From Fimbriosthenelais zetlandica (taxonomy: Eukaryota), in contig OZ365112.1 of NCBI GenBank assembly GCA_977030845.1, positions 6,572,001-6,636,000 on the forward strand: DNA of 64,000 nt, written 5' to 3'. Within the stretch, counting starts at the first letter, position 1, and each line of letters starts with the position of its first letter. Below, piece after piece: positions 63,101-64,000 of the stretch. The translations under genes were made by a program, and so were the position numbers. A model generated the notes under the pieces. It was not told the origin of the DNA. It saw only the letters and a program-made list of their open reading frames with translations, and ran no database searches.

Positions 63101-64000
63101 GGTATGTTTCAGGAATACCACAACTATATTAATCCAGATTGATTAATGCATGAGTTACAGCAAAATCTGCTCGCCAAATTGGGTAAGAACCAAATCGCGA
63201 AAATAGTTTGACTTGCATAGTATTTTGTGATTCATCATCGCCAAATCACTCATTTTTTCTATTTTTGCGATATGTTTCGCCAACGCAGAATTGTGTTTCT
63301 CTCGCATTAAGCAATGGGTTTATACAACCCGCCCAATGTAGCGCATATTTTTGTTATTATACCGACCCTGTATCAGACTGTATCCCCCATCTAATACATT
63401 TCAGATGCTCAGGTTCAGCCCAGCGTATATTCTCGTTTTTGTTGGTATGCCCATTAGCTAATGATGTATATTACCTAGCCGCAGGTCCTAAATTGAAGGC
63501 ACTCCCCTGCAACGACATCCCTTCATTAAATTGGACCTTTACACCGTTGACAAGAGGCCTGAAAAGGTCCAAGGAAACAATGGCGCCATTAACCGTTTGT
63601 TAATTACGCATTTCATTGTGCCGGCAATTCTGAAAGCCTGCTTTTTAACTTGCATTGGAAACTATTCAATGTTAATATTGTAAATTTAAAAATCAGCCCA
63701 TGGACTCATTTTTGACTTCCCGAGAAATTACCTCTCATTTCTTTGCCCAATATTCTACCGTGACAATGTGTATTCTTTGTTTCTCTGAGTGTAAGATGCC
63801 TCAAGTTATAATTTCCCATTTTGATATGAACTATAATAGTGAGTGCGCTGTACTGTAGAGATGGATAAAACTTCGTAAATGCTGAGAGTGATAAAGGAAT
63901 AATTTTGATGAAATTCTATAGAACTGTTACTCATCATATAGGCCATATGATGTTTCTATCCTCTGGCAATCGTTTATATCACCTTATGAAAAGGTATTCT

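Noticed and set aside
63208-63603. 131-aa ORF near the right edge
   Set aside because: TTG start, composition unlike a coding region and no recognisable motif; the region looks more like a CpG-retaining repeat.

Overview
AT-rich, intron-containing eukaryotic genomic DNA. It looks like an invertebrate deuterostome, possibly an echinoderm; this is inference from composition and abundant TAGGCCTA, not a database match. The only protein-coding gene I can identify confidently is a compact + strand Mpv17/PMP22-family gene most similar to MPV17L (coding exons 47671-47698, 48294-48617, 48823-48893 and 49065-49200, plus a variable last exon near 49.2-50.0 kb). It appears to sit head-to-head, 216 bp between start codons, with an unidentified - strand gene whose first coding exon reads MAEARRRHVCEKGW (47411-47454). 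The putative first introns on both sides of this promoter carry many copies of the palindrome TAGGCCTA (24 counted by eye in 45.0-48.2 kb, about 6 in the rest of the window). Several copies occur as fold-back duplications, and the densest part is bracketed by two convergent CTCF-like motifs. The first 45 kb and last 14 kb contain no ORF I can assign to a known family. They hold minisatellites (two 16-bp arrays), G/C homopolymer and G-quadruplex-prone tracts, probable decayed non-autonomous elements, a few CpG- and motif-rich patches, and several splice-signal-bounded candidate exons on the - strand. I found no tRNA, rRNA, CRISPR array or intact transposon ORF. All counts were made by eye.
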